Part shown: positions 37,999-46,556 of the stretch, piece after piece | Layout of the letters: each line of letters starts with the position of its first letter | Numbering within the stretch: the first letter of the stretch is position 1 | Source: Gammaproteobacteria bacterium | Lineage (GTDB): Bacteria > Pseudomonadota > Gammaproteobacteria > JABABF01 > JAHRAO01 | NCBI GenBank assembly: GCA_020027215.1 | Contig: JAHRAO010000031.1 | Span: forward strand, 8,603-72,602 | Reading direction: 5' to 3' | DNA: 64,000 nt | Program-made: the position numbers and the translations under genes | Notes under the pieces: generated by a model | Told to the model about the DNA's origin: nothing | What the model saw: the letters and a program-made list of their open reading frames with translations, nothing else | The model's database searches: none

Positions 37999-38740
37999 TA
38001 TCGCAACCGAGAAAATTACGCCCTACAGAGAGCGCGGAATCCATAACGGAGAAAGAGCCAGCAGCGGGGTCAAGTATCACATCGCCTTCATTGCTTGTTG
38101 CAGATATAAGCTGCGCCTGTAATTTGTGCGGTTTTCTATGAGTATGCCCGTTTTTTTCTATCTTTTCAAAATATACATCTGGTATATTGTGTATCGTCCA
38201 TACTCCCTTTGCTTTTCTTGGTTGCTTTTGTAATATGAGTATGTGTTCACTGGTTCTGCGAGAGCGATAACCCATGCCTATTCTACCCTTATCCCATACA
38301 ATCATGTCTACTATGTCAAAACTGGTTCTATCAAGCCAATGCTTTACTCCCTGACATAAATGAAATTTATCTACCCACAAAAACAAATGTCCAGAGGGTA
38401 AAAGCACTTCATGAATGTGGACTATAAAATCCATTATCGTCTTTTCGTCCATTTGAGGAAGATTGCTTCGATTTTTCCCTCTACTTTTTCCTTCGTTGCC
38501 GTATTTCAAATGGTCTAGTACCCCTCTGTATTGAGGATCGAAAAAACATACGGGGTACGCGTCCGACTGCAGATTTACTAAAAGCTTTCTACCGTCCATC
38601 TTTAGTTTTATGTTCAATGATAATCCTTGCGGTATATCAATAGTAGGTTGTTGTATTTTTCTCTCCATAGAGAATACTGACTTAACTACATTGTCAAATG
38701 TATCTGGTATCTGTTCAATTATTTTAGCGTGTCGTGCCAC
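37979..38740 (-). CDS. beta-class N6-adenine/N4-cytosine DNA methyltransferase (N6_N4_Mtase type)
   Basis: GTG start with a GAGG SD. Motif IV is the variant FFDPQY. The C-terminal segment [48 protein letters not shown] carries the AdoMet motif I region. Confidence 0.85.
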   Translation of the reverse strand: MARHAKIIEQIPDTFDNVVKSVFSMERKIQQPTIDIPQGLSLNIKLKMDGRKLLVNLQSDAYPVCFFDPQYRGVLDHLKYGNEGKSRGKNRSNLPQMDEKTIMDFIVHIHEVLLPSGHLFLWVDKFHLCQGVKHWLDRTSFDIVDMIVWDKGRIGMGYRSRRTSEHILILQKQPRKAKGVWTIHNIPDVYFEKIEKNGHTHRKPHKLQAQLISATSNEGDVILDPAAGSFSVMDSALSVGRNFLGCDIVYGTH

Positions 38741-38762
38741 TGATTAACCTCATTATTGCTTT

Positions 38763-38785
38763 GGCTAACATTAGATATAATTCCC
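38763..38785. repeat. right terminal inverted repeat GGCTAACATTAGATATAATTCCC
   Basis: It lies 23-45 nt upstream of the methyltransferase GTG. It is complementary to 37301-37323. Confidence 0.9.
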
Positions 38786-38793
38786 TAAATTTT
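38786..38793. repeat. 8-bp direct repeat TAAATTTT (right copy), putative target-site duplication
   Basis: Identical to 37293-37300 and directly adjacent to the right inverted repeat. Confidence 0.7.
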
Positions 38794-38801
38794 TAAGAGG
38801 C

Positions 38802-38810
38802 ATTATAACA
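38802..38810 (-). promoter_or_regulatory. extended -10 element TGTTATAAT just outside the cassette, reading into M-R and the lipoprotein genes
   Basis: The minus strand reads GCGAATGTGTTATAATGCC. No good -35 element is present (TTGCGC at best). Confidence 0.35.
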
Positions 38811-38817
38811 CATTCGC

Positions 38818-39591
38818 TTATTGGCGCAATTTTTTGCTGGTTCGGAGTAAATGGAGAGCATAAATATAGGTGATGCAAATGAATACTCCTATCATGGTTA
38901 ATGCCCACAACACATTAATATCCGAAATACCCAGAGTGCCGTAACGAAAAGTATTGACCATATACAAAATGGGATTGAGCAGTGATATTTTTTGCCACAA
39001 TTCTGGCAATAGGTTGATAGAGTAAAAAATCCCCCCCAAGTAAATCAATGGGGTAATCACAAAAGTAGGAATAACGGTTACATCATCAAAAGTGCGCGCA
39101 TATACGGCATTAATGAAGCCTAGTAAAGCAAAGAGCGTTGCAGTCAATAATAAAACCACAATCATTATCCCCCAGTATTGAATTGATAGATCGGTAAAAA
39201 AAAGTGCGATCACCGCAGCGACCCCTCCCACCAATATACTTCGCGTCACTCCCCCTAAGACATAACCGTGCAGAATGATATAGTTGGGGGTGGGAGAGAT
39301 TAATAATTCCTCCAAGCTGCGCTGAAATTTAGCTCCGAAAAAGGATGACACGACATTGGCATAAGCACTGTTAATCACTGCCAGCATCACCAAGCCTGGG
39401 GCGACAAATTGCGTGTAGTTATAGCCTTCCATAGGTCCGATGCGCGTGCCGATAATCTCGCCAAAAATGATGAAATAGAGCACAATCGTGATCGCAGGGG
39501 GGACTATGGTTTGCACCCAAATGCGCATAAAACGGCGCACTTCTTTAATATAAATGGTGTGGAACGCAATCCACTTTTGGTAAGGCGTCAT
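38818..39591 (-). CDS. ABC-2 type transporter permease (YadH-like)
   Basis: 257 aa with six hydrophobic segments. It overlaps the upstream ATPase gene by 4 nt. Confidence 0.85.
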   Translation of the reverse strand: MTPYQKWIAFHTIYIKEVRRFMRIWVQTIVPPAITIVLYFIIFGEIIGTRIGPMEGYNYTQFVAPGLVMLAVINSAYANVVSSFFGAKFQRSLEELLISPTPNYIILHGYVLGGVTRSILVGGVAAVIALFFTDLSIQYWGIMIVVLLLTATLFALLGFINAVYARTFDDVTVIPTFVITPLIYLGGIFYSINLLPELWQKISLLNPILYMVNTFRYGTLGISDINVLWALTMIGVFICITYIYALHLLRTSKKLRQ

Positions 39592-40514
39592 GGTGGATCC
39601 GAACGGGTGAGAGAGAGAAACAATTCCTCCAAACGATTAGACTGCGGACGCATACTACTGACTTGGATCCCATTCTCATTCAGGTGGTTAAAAATATCGT
39701 TGAGCGATTGGTCACGGTGTGTGTTCACTTTCAAAGTATTGCTGTCCACAATGTGGATTTGGGCATCCCCATACGACCAATCTTCGGTTTTGACAAGCGG
39801 GGAGATTAAATCCATCACAAAAACTTCCCGCTGCAATAATTTCAACAATTCCCGTATGGATGTATTTTGGATAATGGTGCCATGGTCAATAATCGCAACA
39901 TTGCGGCATAAATGCTCTGCTTCTTCTAAGTAATGCGTGGTCAAAATAATAGTTGTGCCTTCACTGTTCAATGTGCGCAAGAGTTCCCATAGCAAACGGC
40001 GTAAATCTATGTCTACACCAGCGGTGGGTTCATCTAAAATAAGCAATTTTGGGCGATGGACAATTGAGCGGGCAATCATCAGTCGTCTTTTCATTCCTCC
40101 CGATAGCGCGATCGCCCGAGTGTGACGTTTTTCCCATAGCCCCATCAATTTCAAATCGTGTTCGGCGCGTTCGGTGGCAACTGAATGCGGAATGCCGTAA
40201 TATCCCGCTTGGGTGACAACAATATCCATAGTGCGTTCAAAAGCATTGAAATTAAATTCTTGTGGCATCACCCCTATGTTGAGTTTAGCCCGCGCAAAAT
40301 CTTCGTCTATGGATATGCCGAATATATCGATGGTTCCAGCCGTTTTTCGTATTAGTGAATTGATAATGCCGATAGTCGTTGATTTGCCTGCGCCATTCGG
40401 TCCTAACAAGGCAAAGAAATCCCTCTGCGCGACTTCTAAGTCAATGCCTTTAATTGCCTCTACTCCATTGGCATAAACTTTCCTCAATCCGTTTATAGAG
40501 AGTGCTGGGTGCAT
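39588..40514 (-). CDS. ABC transporter ATP-binding protein (YadG-like)
   Basis: Walker A GPNGAGKST, signature LSGGMKRRLMIARS, Walker B LLILDEPTAGVD. Confidence 0.9.
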   Translation of the reverse strand: MHPALSINGLRKVYANGVEAIKGIDLEVAQRDFFALLGPNGAGKSTTIGIINSLIRKTAGTIDIFGISIDEDFARAKLNIGVMPQEFNFNAFERTMDIVVTQAGYYGIPHSVATERAEHDLKLMGLWEKRHTRAIALSGGMKRRLMIARSIVHRPKLLILDEPTAGVDIDLRRLLWELLRTLNSEGTTIILTTHYLEEAEHLCRNVAIIDHGTIIQNTSIRELLKLLQREVFVMDLISPLVKTEDWSYGDAQIHIVDSNTLKVNTHRDQSLNDIFNHLNENGIQVSSMRPQSNRLEELFLSLTRSDPP

Positions 40515-40525
40515 AAGTGTTCAAT

Positions 40526-40600
40526 GGAGCGGGAAACCGGTCTCGAACCGGCGACCTCAACCTTGGCAAGGTTGCGCTCTACCAACTGAGCTATTCCCGC
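40526..40600 (-). tRNA. tRNA-Gly (anticodon GCC), CCA encoded
   Basis: The minus strand reads GCGGGAATAGCTCAGTTGGTAGAGCGCAACCTTGCCAAGGTTGAGGTCGCCGGTTCGAGACCGGTTTCCCGCTCCA. The anticodon loop is TTGCCAA. Confidence 0.93.
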
Positions 40601-40696
40601 TATTTTGATTAAATTGCTGAAATTTATCATAACACAATTAAGAAAATAGCGTAATAGCACTGCTATGCATGGCATAGCGGGTGATGGATGCCGCAC

Positions 40697-40725
40697 TTGA
40701 CATCCCAGCAATAGATGTATACAAT
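40697..40725 (+). promoter_or_regulatory. sigma-70 promoter candidate for tsaB-uppP-trpS and downstream genes
   Basis: TTGACA (40697-40702), 17-nt spacer, TACAAT (40720-40725), ~115 nt upstream of the tsaB ATG. Confidence 0.5.
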
Positions 40726-40839
40726 TGTGATGCGGTATCCTGTGCGCGCCTTATCGGTTATCTTGCGCAATGTTCCCATGCAATTGTTTTGCTGTCAGCA
40801 TAGATGGTGAAGGAATTGCATGAAATGCGCATGTGAATT

Positions 40840-41550
40840 ATGAATACGATTTTGGCAATAGAAACTTCAACCCTTGCGTGTTCGGTTGCGTTGCAAAGCA
40901 ATAATCAACTGTGGGAGGAATACAAAGATGCCCCGCGCCAGCATACACAATTGCTGCCCCAAATGATCGCTTCACTGATGCATCAAGCACAATTATCCTG
41001 GTCACAATTGGAGGCTATTGCTTTTGGACAGGGGCCAGGATCTTTTACCGGCTTGCGTATTGCCGCTGCAATGGCGCAAGGAATGTCTTGGGCACATGAC
41101 ATCCCAGTGCTCAAGGTTTCTTCTTTTGCCGCATTGGCGCACCGTGCAATGCGGCACGCATTGGCGCACGATGACCTTGTGGACAAAAAAGAAATGATTG
41201 TGGGGGTGGCGCGTGATGCGCATATGAATCATTTATATTGGGGGACATATCGTTGCTCCCCCACAAGACTGCCTGTTCCATTGCAGTCGGATAGGCTCCT
41301 CCCCGCCGAAGAAAAAATATCGCCCATGCCGCATCATTGTATCGCTGTTGGTGATGCATGGGCTATGCGGGATAAGTTTCCCAGCTTAAAGTCCATATCG
41401 CCGGTCGCATGTTATGCACATCTGCTGCCGAGTGCTCGAGATATTATTGCGTTGGCCGATGATTTATTGGCGCGCAATGAAACGACGACTCCCCAACACG
41501 CATTGCCAGTTTATCTCCATACCGCCACTGCGTGGCAAAAACGCTCGTGA
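40840..41550 (+). CDS. tsaB: tRNA t6A37 biosynthesis protein TsaB (YeaZ)
   Basis: ILAIETSTLACSVAL...FGQGPGSFTGLRIAAAMAQG. Confidence 0.88.
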   Translation: MNTILAIETSTLACSVALQSNNQLWEEYKDAPRQHTQLLPQMIASLMHQAQLSWSQLEAIAFGQGPGSFTGLRIAAAMAQGMSWAHDIPVLKVSSFAALAHRAMRHALAHDDLVDKKEMIVGVARDAHMNHLYWGTYRCSPTRLPVPLQSDRLLPAEEKISPMPHHCIAVGDAWAMRDKFPSLKSISPVACYAHLLPSARDIIALADDLLARNETTTPQHALPVYLHTATAWQKRS

Positions 41551-42353
41551 ATGCTATAGATTTGTCGTGGTGGCAGGTGATTGTCTTGTCTGTGGTGCAA
41601 GGCATTACCGAATTTCTTCCCATCTCCAGTTCAGCGCATCTCATTCTCGTCGGGCAATTCCTCGGTTGGAATGATCAAGGATTAGCGTTTGATGTTGCGG
41701 TACATCTAGGCACTATGATTGCGGTAGTACTATTTTTTCGCCGCGACCTTTATTCAATGAGTATTGCGTGGGGACAATCCATTATCCAACGCCACCAATC
41801 TGCACAGAGCCAATTGGTGTGGTTCATAATGTTGGCAACCCTTCCGGCTGTCGCCATTGGTTTTGCCGTGCACGATTGGGTGGCGAGTGAGTTGCGCACT
41901 ATGTCGGTTATTGGGCTGGCAAATGTCGTTTTTGCCCTCCTACTTTATGGTGCGGATCGGTTTGGCGGTCGGGTGCGGGATATACAACAGATGACTGTGT
42001 ATTCCGCACTATTTATCGGGTTTATGCAGGCATTAGCACTCATTCCAGGAACATCGCGTGCTGGTATTGTCATGACCGCGGCATTACTTTTGGGTTTTAC
42101 GCGTTCTGCCTCAACGCGTTGTGCGTTATTATTATCTATACCCATTATCGGTGCGGCAAGCGCTCTCAATTTGGTGAAATTAATACAATCGTCAGCGCCC
42201 ACCCCATGGATAATGATTGCGCTGGCGATGCTATTGACTGCGATAATAGCGTATGTGTGTATTCATTTACTGTTGTGTTGGGTGGAAAAGATTGGTATGT
42301 TGCCTTTTGTATGCTATAGATTATTATTGGGGCTAGTTCTGTTATGGCCATAA
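41532..42353 (+). CDS. uppP: undecaprenyl-diphosphate phosphatase
   Basis: VVQGITEFLPISSSAHL...ALIPGTSRAG, with eight hydrophobic segments. The start is ATG 41532 or GTG 41547, overlapping the tsaB end. Confidence 0.9.
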   Translation: MAKTLVNAIDLSWWQVIVLSVVQGITEFLPISSSAHLILVGQFLGWNDQGLAFDVAVHLGTMIAVVLFFRRDLYSMSIAWGQSIIQRHQSAQSQLVWFIMLATLPAVAIGFAVHDWVASELRTMSVIGLANVVFALLLYGADRFGGRVRDIQQMTVYSALFIGFMQALALIPGTSRAGIVMTAALLLGFTRSASTRCALLLSIPIIGAASALNLVKLIQSSAPTPWIMIALAMLLTAIIAYVCIHLLLCWVEKIGMLPFVCYRLLLGLVLLWP

Positions 42354-42373
42354 ACGAGGGAAAAGCGCGTTCA

Positions 42374-43387
42374 ATGCGCGTGTTGACGGGTATCGCTACA
42401 ACTGGCGCGCCTCATTTAGGAAACTATGCCGGCGCCATTCGTCCGGCAATTGATATGAGTCTACACGCAGAAGTGCGCTCATTTTATTTTTTAGCCGATT
42501 ATCATGCTATGGTCAAAATCCATGATGCACAAGCGATGCAACAGGCATTACTTGAAGTTGCGGCGAGTTGGTTAGCATTGGGGTTGGATACCGACCGCTC
42601 TATTTTTTACCGCCAATCCGATATTCCAGAAATTATGGAGCTCAATTGGCTATTATTGTGTGTGACTCCGAAAGGATTACTCAATCGCGCGCATGCTTAC
42701 AAAGCAATTGTTGCCGATAATAGCAAACGCACAAAACAGCGCGATATTGATTATGCGGTGACTATGGGGTTATATGGCTATCCAGTATTGATGGCGGCAG
42801 ATATATTGATGTTTAATGCCGACCGAGTTCCAGTCGGACGCGACCAACTACAGCATTTAGAGATGACCCGTGACATTGCCCAAAATTTTAATCGCTTATA
42901 TGGCGAGGCTTTTGTCCTACCGCAAGCAGAAATTATCGAACAGGTTGCTGTGTTGGCGGGATTAGATGGCAGAAAAATGAGCAAAAGTTATCGCAATACT
43001 ATCCCTCTGTTTGCCGACTGCGATCAATTACGCAAGCTCATTATGAAAATTGAGACCAATTCATTGCCGCCGGGCGCGCCCAAAGACACTGAAAGTTGCA
43101 CTCTCTTTCAAATTTATCGCGCTTTTGCTACTAAAAGTGAAACTGCTGCAATGGCAGCCCGTTACCGTGAAGGTATTGCATGGGGAGAGATGAAAAATGA
43201 ATTGTTTGAATATATTGACGCCACTATTGCCCCATCTCGTATAGAGTATGCTAAATGGAAGGCATCGCCCGATACAATTTACAATATATTAAATAACGGC
43301 GCTCAACGCGCACGTGAAATATCTGTTCCTTTTATGGCGCAGTTACGCACACTCGCAGGTATAGATGGAGGAAAGACCTATGTTTGA
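42374..43387 (+). CDS. trpS: tryptophan--tRNA ligase
   Basis: MRVLTGIATTGAPHLGNYAGAIRP (HIGH-type motif), VPVGRDQLQHLE, and KMSKS in GRKMSKSY. The ATG at 42374 has a GAGGGA SD. The 10-codon N-terminal extension in the track was rejected. Confidence 0.92.
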   Translation: MRVLTGIATTGAPHLGNYAGAIRPAIDMSLHAEVRSFYFLADYHAMVKIHDAQAMQQALLEVAASWLALGLDTDRSIFYRQSDIPEIMELNWLLLCVTPKGLLNRAHAYKAIVADNSKRTKQRDIDYAVTMGLYGYPVLMAADILMFNADRVPVGRDQLQHLEMTRDIAQNFNRLYGEAFVLPQAEIIEQVAVLAGLDGRKMSKSYRNTIPLFADCDQLRKLIMKIETNSLPPGAPKDTESCTLFQIYRAFATKSETAAMAARYREGIAWGEMKNELFEYIDATIAPSRIEYAKWKASPDTIYNILNNGAQRAREISVPFMAQLRTLAGIDGGKTYV

Positions 43388-44336
43388 ATCTAAAGGGCTG
43401 GCAATTTTTTTTACCCTACTCTTCAGTGCAATTTACATGAACCTATTATGGTTATTGGCTGTACCAATATGGTTGGGGATTTTTATTGGCGCCACTTTAG
43501 CATGGCTCCCCGAACGATTTGCACACCGCACTACATATAGTGAGCAATGGTGGTGGCATGTCATTGGCATCATTACCTTACTACTCATCACCGCCGTCAT
43601 CTTATTCACGACGCTTCCCGCATTACTGAATCAACATGATGTATCGTTGGATAAAGTATTGCCGTTATTTATTGCTACGCTGATTTTGTATGTGTATTGT
43701 GTGTATTTAGATAACCAAAAATGGAATGACTCGGTGCACGCACGTCTCACTGCGGGAAAAGAGTTAGCGGTAACTACTTTTCCTTTGTTGCTTACTTTTT
43801 GCACCGCGGTCATCCTGATGTCCAGTGTATTATGGTTCACCTGGTTCCTTCGAACAGAATATCCATCTACCGACTATATTGCCATCAAATTATTAGACCG
43901 CGGCATTATTCCTCCCCTTACCATATTGCTCTTTATTTGGGCGTTACTCTTACTCGTCAATCATTGGTTACGCTTGCGAGATATGCGGCGTTCTTTTATG
44001 ACTTTACTGCGCGCCGTTGAGCGCGAAAAAGATTGGCATTACTACCGTCAAAAAAGCGAAGAATCTTATATGTTACCTTACTATATTGCGTGGGCGATTC
44101 CCATTTTAGGTTTTGTCGGCACGGTATTGGGTATTTCACTCGCTGCCAGCGGCATAGAAAAAATTATCGGCACGCAACAGGGGCTGGGTTCGTTGTCCAG
44201 CAATTTGGGGGAAGCCATTGCACCACTCGGTATTGCTTTTGATACGACTTTAGTGGCATTGTCATTGAGTTTGATATTGACTCTTATTCAAACCCTTTTA
44301 CAACGTTGGGAAGCGGCGATATTTAATGAACCGTAA
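43380..44336 (+). CDS. polytopic membrane protein with C-terminal MotA/TolQ/ExbB-like proton-channel core (component A)
   Basis: ATG at 43380 with a GGAGGA SD 7 nt upstream, 8 nt inside the trpS 3' end. About five extra N-terminal TM segments precede a core with IPILGFVGTVLGISLA and LGIAFDTTLVALSLSLILTLIQ, resembling the MotA_ExbB signature. Confidence 0.75.
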   Translation: MFESKGLAIFFTLLFSAIYMNLLWLLAVPIWLGIFIGATLAWLPERFAHRTTYSEQWWWHVIGIITLLLITAVILFTTLPALLNQHDVSLDKVLPLFIATLILYVYCVYLDNQKWNDSVHARLTAGKELAVTTFPLLLTFCTAVILMSSVLWFTWFLRTEYPSTDYIAIKLLDRGIIPPLTILLFIWALLLLVNHWLRLRDMRRSFMTLLRAVEREKDWHYYRQKSEESYMLPYYIAWAIPILGFVGTVLGISLAASGIEKIIGTQQGLGSLSSNLGEAIAPLGIAFDTTLVALSLSLILTLIQTLLQRWEAAIFNEP

Positions 44337-44871
44337 TTCTGCTGGAACAATTGCTCCACACTCGCCCCGTGGGGGAGGTAAAAAATCCACAGAAAATAAT
44401 GCGCCTATGGTTGAAATTTTTGGCGGATTGTTTGCTTTGATGCTAGTGCTGTTCGTCATCGTTAACCTGCTCTCTGAAGCGGCGGTGCGCGAGCGCATTG
44501 ATAACACGAATGAAGAAGGGCTCTACCGCATCAACTGGGGTGATAGCGGTAGTGGGTATGTTGTTTTGACATTTCCCGCGAATGTGCGCATCATAGAAAA
44601 CAATATGGTAGTAGATAAAGATAACATTTGTGCGGCGAATAGCCCTTTTGTGGAATATGTGCATCACATCTATAACCAGAAAAAGAAGCAAATTGTATTT
44701 GCCATTTTAGAAAATAGTGTGCCGGTGATGCGCCGCGCGCGCGACTGTATTGCCCAGCGTCTGCCGGGACGTTCTCTCACTATTGGCTGGATTATCGCTA
44801 CGCGTGAGTTATTGAAATCCGTGCCATTGAATGATATCCCGCCTTATATTGAAAAAGTTATTACACAATGA
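44326..44871 (+). CDS. ExbD/TolR-like single-TM protein (component B, 181 aa)
   Basis: Overlaps component A by 11 nt. The TM segment APMVEIFGGLFALMLVLFVIVNLL carries an acidic residue at its cytoplasmic end, as in ExbD/TolR. A ~120-aa periplasmic domain follows. Confidence 0.6.
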   Translation: MNRNSAGTIAPHSPRGGGKKSTENNAPMVEIFGGLFALMLVLFVIVNLLSEAAVRERIDNTNEEGLYRINWGDSGSGYVVLTFPANVRIIENNMVVDKDNICAANSPFVEYVHHIYNQKKKQIVFAILENSVPVMRRARDCIAQRLPGRSLTIGWIIATRELLKSVPLNDIPPYIEKVITQ

Positions 44872-46556
44872 CTCGCAGCGCACTCCCTCCTTTTGCCGGA
44901 ATTGCCTTAGCGGATATTCTCGCGAATGGCGTTGCGGTACTCATTTTGTTGGTGATTATTTCTATCAGCGTGAAATATGTGGAGGAGCGCAAACAAATTG
45001 AACAAGTGGACGAAGTGTCTTTAGTTTTGAGTCGCGATTTGGCGGTGTCAATGGTCATGAATAATTTATCGGCGAGTGCACCGGCTTTATTGCACGATTA
45101 CCATCGTTCGCCTTTGGATTTGCAACTTCATCCGGCAATTATGCCGATTTTAGAAATATACTCCGACCATGTGCGCAATTTTTATGACGGAAACACTTGG
45201 CTATCCGATGAATTATTGCTGGCAGATAATCGCTTAGATGAATATCTTTCTCGCTTATCGGCATTGCAAAAACAGCGCATGCGCGTAGATATTTACGATA
45301 TTCAATTGTTTTATATCACTATGTCTATACTCAAAAAACATGCTATCGCCCCCCGCCATTGGCATTTTATGACTGCAAATCAAGCACATGGAAGCAACAC
45401 CGATCATGCCGGTATTAACGATAGATCCAATGGAGTTGCTGCGCGTGGTGCGACATCCGAACAGAGCGGTGAGGCAATGGGCGGATCAAATGAGTCAGAA
45501 GAATGGATTGAAGAGGGAACTGCCGAACACAGTACGTCCGCAGCAGAAAATGGATTAGATTTAGAGCGTTTATATGGTAACGGTAGTGTGCCTTCTTCGG
45601 TAGAAATACTCCCTTCGGGGCAATCGGGTTACCTTCTACCATCCGAAAACCCGCCACCTTTAGGGCAATCGGAACACAGTGTGACTTTTGATGCTCAAAA
45701 ACGACCGCTCCTCAATCGCGCCCAATTTCGTTTAGCAGGTGATTTAGCGACTTTTATACCGGTGAAAGGCGGTGATATAGGGCAACCGCTCCTCTTAGAA
45801 GATGTATTAACGGCTCTATTTGGCTTAATGAATCACGTGCAAGGGCAATTGGATGAGGGATTGTCGCCAACATTTGACTTGTTGCGTTTTCACGATGATT
45901 TGCACACCGCACTGCTGTCTATTCCGCAACAGATCAGCGAATCTGACAAAGAGGTGGTTACAGATTTAGTAAACGCTTATGCTGCTTTGTGGGTAGAAGA
46001 ATCAGATAACCTATTGGATACGGATGAGGCAATCCGTTCCACCGATGGTCGGCGACTATTGCAGGTGCGTGCTAATGATCTCCTTATTACCGCTCGGGTG
46101 ATCAGCCATTCTAGTCACCGGCCATTGTTTTTTTTACCCGCTCCAACAGCAGTAAAACTTGCTTTGGCGCGCTATCCCGGTATAGTAGAAGGGCAAATAT
46201 CACAAGTAGGGCGAGAAAGTTTTATCATCATGCCGACTCTGCAACAAGAAGGATACCGTTGGCGTGCAGTCACTATGGTGTCGGCACAGTTTGATGATTT
46301 TCTTTTTGGTTTACTCTATAGCAATGTAGTGGATACTGCACGGGGATCACTGCAATTACTAATCCCTGCGGATGAAAACCAGGTGCATATTAGCGGTTAC
46401 CCTCTGCACAGTGAATTCCCATCAATAGAAAACCGTGTCGGCAACAGATTGTTCAGTTGGCATATTGCGGTTGCGGTTGTTTTATTGTTCGGCATTGCTG
46501 TGCGTTTCTTTTTGCGCCGTCGAACATGGTTGGTTGTGCAAAGAGCAAGTCAATGA
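44868..46556 (+). CDS. large bitopic protein with ExbD/TolR-like N-terminal TM and ~480-aa periplasmic region (component C, 562 aa)
   Basis: ATGA overlap with component B. The N-terminal TM is FAGIALADILANGVAVLILLVIISI, with Asp in the ExbD-like position. An acidic low-complexity linker (GGSNESEEWIEEGTAEH) and a C-terminal TM (IAVAVVLLFGIAVRFF) are present. Confidence 0.6.
   Translation: MTRSALPPFAGIALADILANGVAVLILLVIISISVKYVEERKQIEQVDEVSLVLSRDLAVSMVMNNLSASAPALLHDYHRSPLDLQLHPAIMPILEIYSDHVRNFYDGNTWLSDELLLADNRLDEYLSRLSALQKQRMRVDIYDIQLFYITMSILKKHAIAPRHWHFMTANQAHGSNTDHAGINDRSNGVAARGATSEQSGEAMGGSNESEEWIEEGTAEHSTSAAENGLDLERLYGNGSVPSSVEILPSGQSGYLLPSENPPPLGQSEHSVTFDAQKRPLLNRAQFRLAGDLATFIPVKGGDIGQPLLLEDVLTALFGLMNHVQGQLDEGLSPTFDLLRFHDDLHTALLSIPQQISESDKEVVTDLVNAYAALWVEESDNLLDTDEAIRSTDGRRLLQVRANDLLITARVISHSSHRPLFFLPAPTAVKLALARYPGIVEGQISQVGRESFIIMPTLQQEGYRWRAVTMVSAQFDDFLFGLLYSNVVDTARGSLQLLIPADENQVHISGYPLHSEFPSIENRVGNRLFSWHIAVAVVLLFGIAVRFFLRRRTWLVVQRASQ

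Larger units (their letters stand above)
37301..38785. mobile_element. transposase-less, TIR-bounded cassette (mobile-insertion-cassette-like) carrying a type II R-M pair
   Basis: 23-bp terminal inverted repeats match at 21/23, with a 19-bp perfect core ATTATATCTAATGTTAGCC. Identical 8-bp direct repeats flank them. The cargo is the MTase and REase only. The cassette is visibly more AT-rich than its flanks. Confidence 0.7.

Noticed and set aside
39409-39933. 174-aa plus-strand ORF spanning the junction of the ABC permease and ATPase genes.
   Set aside because: Antisense to two genes with unambiguous ABC motifs.
43380-46556. Interpretation of the MotA-like operon as a flagellar stator, a Tol or Ton system, or Zorya anti-phage defence.
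   Set aside because: No OmpA/MotB-like peptidoglycan-binding C-terminus is visible. There is no TonB/TolA/TolB/Pal partner. There are no ZorC/ZorD-like large nuclease or helicase genes. The FGE-domain partner does not fit any of these.
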